The notes beneath the pieces are model-generated. The model saw only the letters and a list, made by a program, of their open reading frames with translations. It had not been told where the DNA came from and did no database searches. From the NCBI RefSeq assembly GCF_006345805.1, contig NC_043005.1:70990001-71054000 (forward strand): a stretch of 64,000 nucleotides of DNA. The letters run 5' to 3'. The position numbers and the translations under genes were made by a program. Positions 63,701-64,000 of the stretch are shown here, piece after piece. Every line of letters starts with the position of its first letter. Positions within the stretch are counted from its first letter, which is position 1. Origin of the DNA: Octopus sinensis (taxonomy: Eukaryota).

Positions 63701-64000
63701 CCAATTGCATCCCACACGTCACAAATTTGTGATCCGTGTAAGGCACAATGTGGAACTGTGGACAACTAAACGTGTCCTTATCTCTTTTCTTAATAAATAT
63801 CCTATCTAAATACGATCTGCGTGAGCCGTCGTTGTTACTCCACGTCCACTGTGGAACGCTCGGCTCATCCAGTCGGTAACGGTCTACTAGATCAAAGCTC
63901 TCTAGTAGACCCTTGAGGCTAGGGTTCCCCTTCCTATTGGTTGAGCCAACACTGTCGACCCGCGCTTCAAGGACAGTGTTAAAGTCCCCTACTAGGATTA
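60791..64000 (-). mobile_element. Tx1/L1 array unit 4 (partial; continues beyond the window)
   Basis: 674-aa RT ORF 61024-63048 is identical in translation to unit 3. Confidence 0.95.

Overview
AT-rich, microsatellite-dense animal genomic DNA. The SINE/LINE repertoire suggests a cephalopod, probably Octopus (inference). No complete host gene is recognisable; only one or two short candidate exons (~11.4-11.8 kb). 1-36 kb is a transposon graveyard: a Penelope-like element with pseudo-LTRs and a hammerhead-like motif, mariner, hAT, RTE and R4/Dong relics, about 30 tRNA-derived SINE copies, MITEs and two long palindromes. 36-40 kb holds two convergent Ty3/gypsy relics. 40-64 kb is a head-to-tail minus-strand array (~4.27 kb period, at least 5 units, running off the window) of an L1/Tx1-clade element. 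Every unit is cut at the same point in ORF1 and carries the same ORF2 lesions. Two divergent ORF1-only (half-L1-like) elements are nested in the first unit behind a 21-bp target-site duplication, both inserted right after CACGT(G). The ORF2 units, the ORF1-only elements and one local SINE family share a short 3'-terminal motif, suggesting a multi-partner retrotransposition system.
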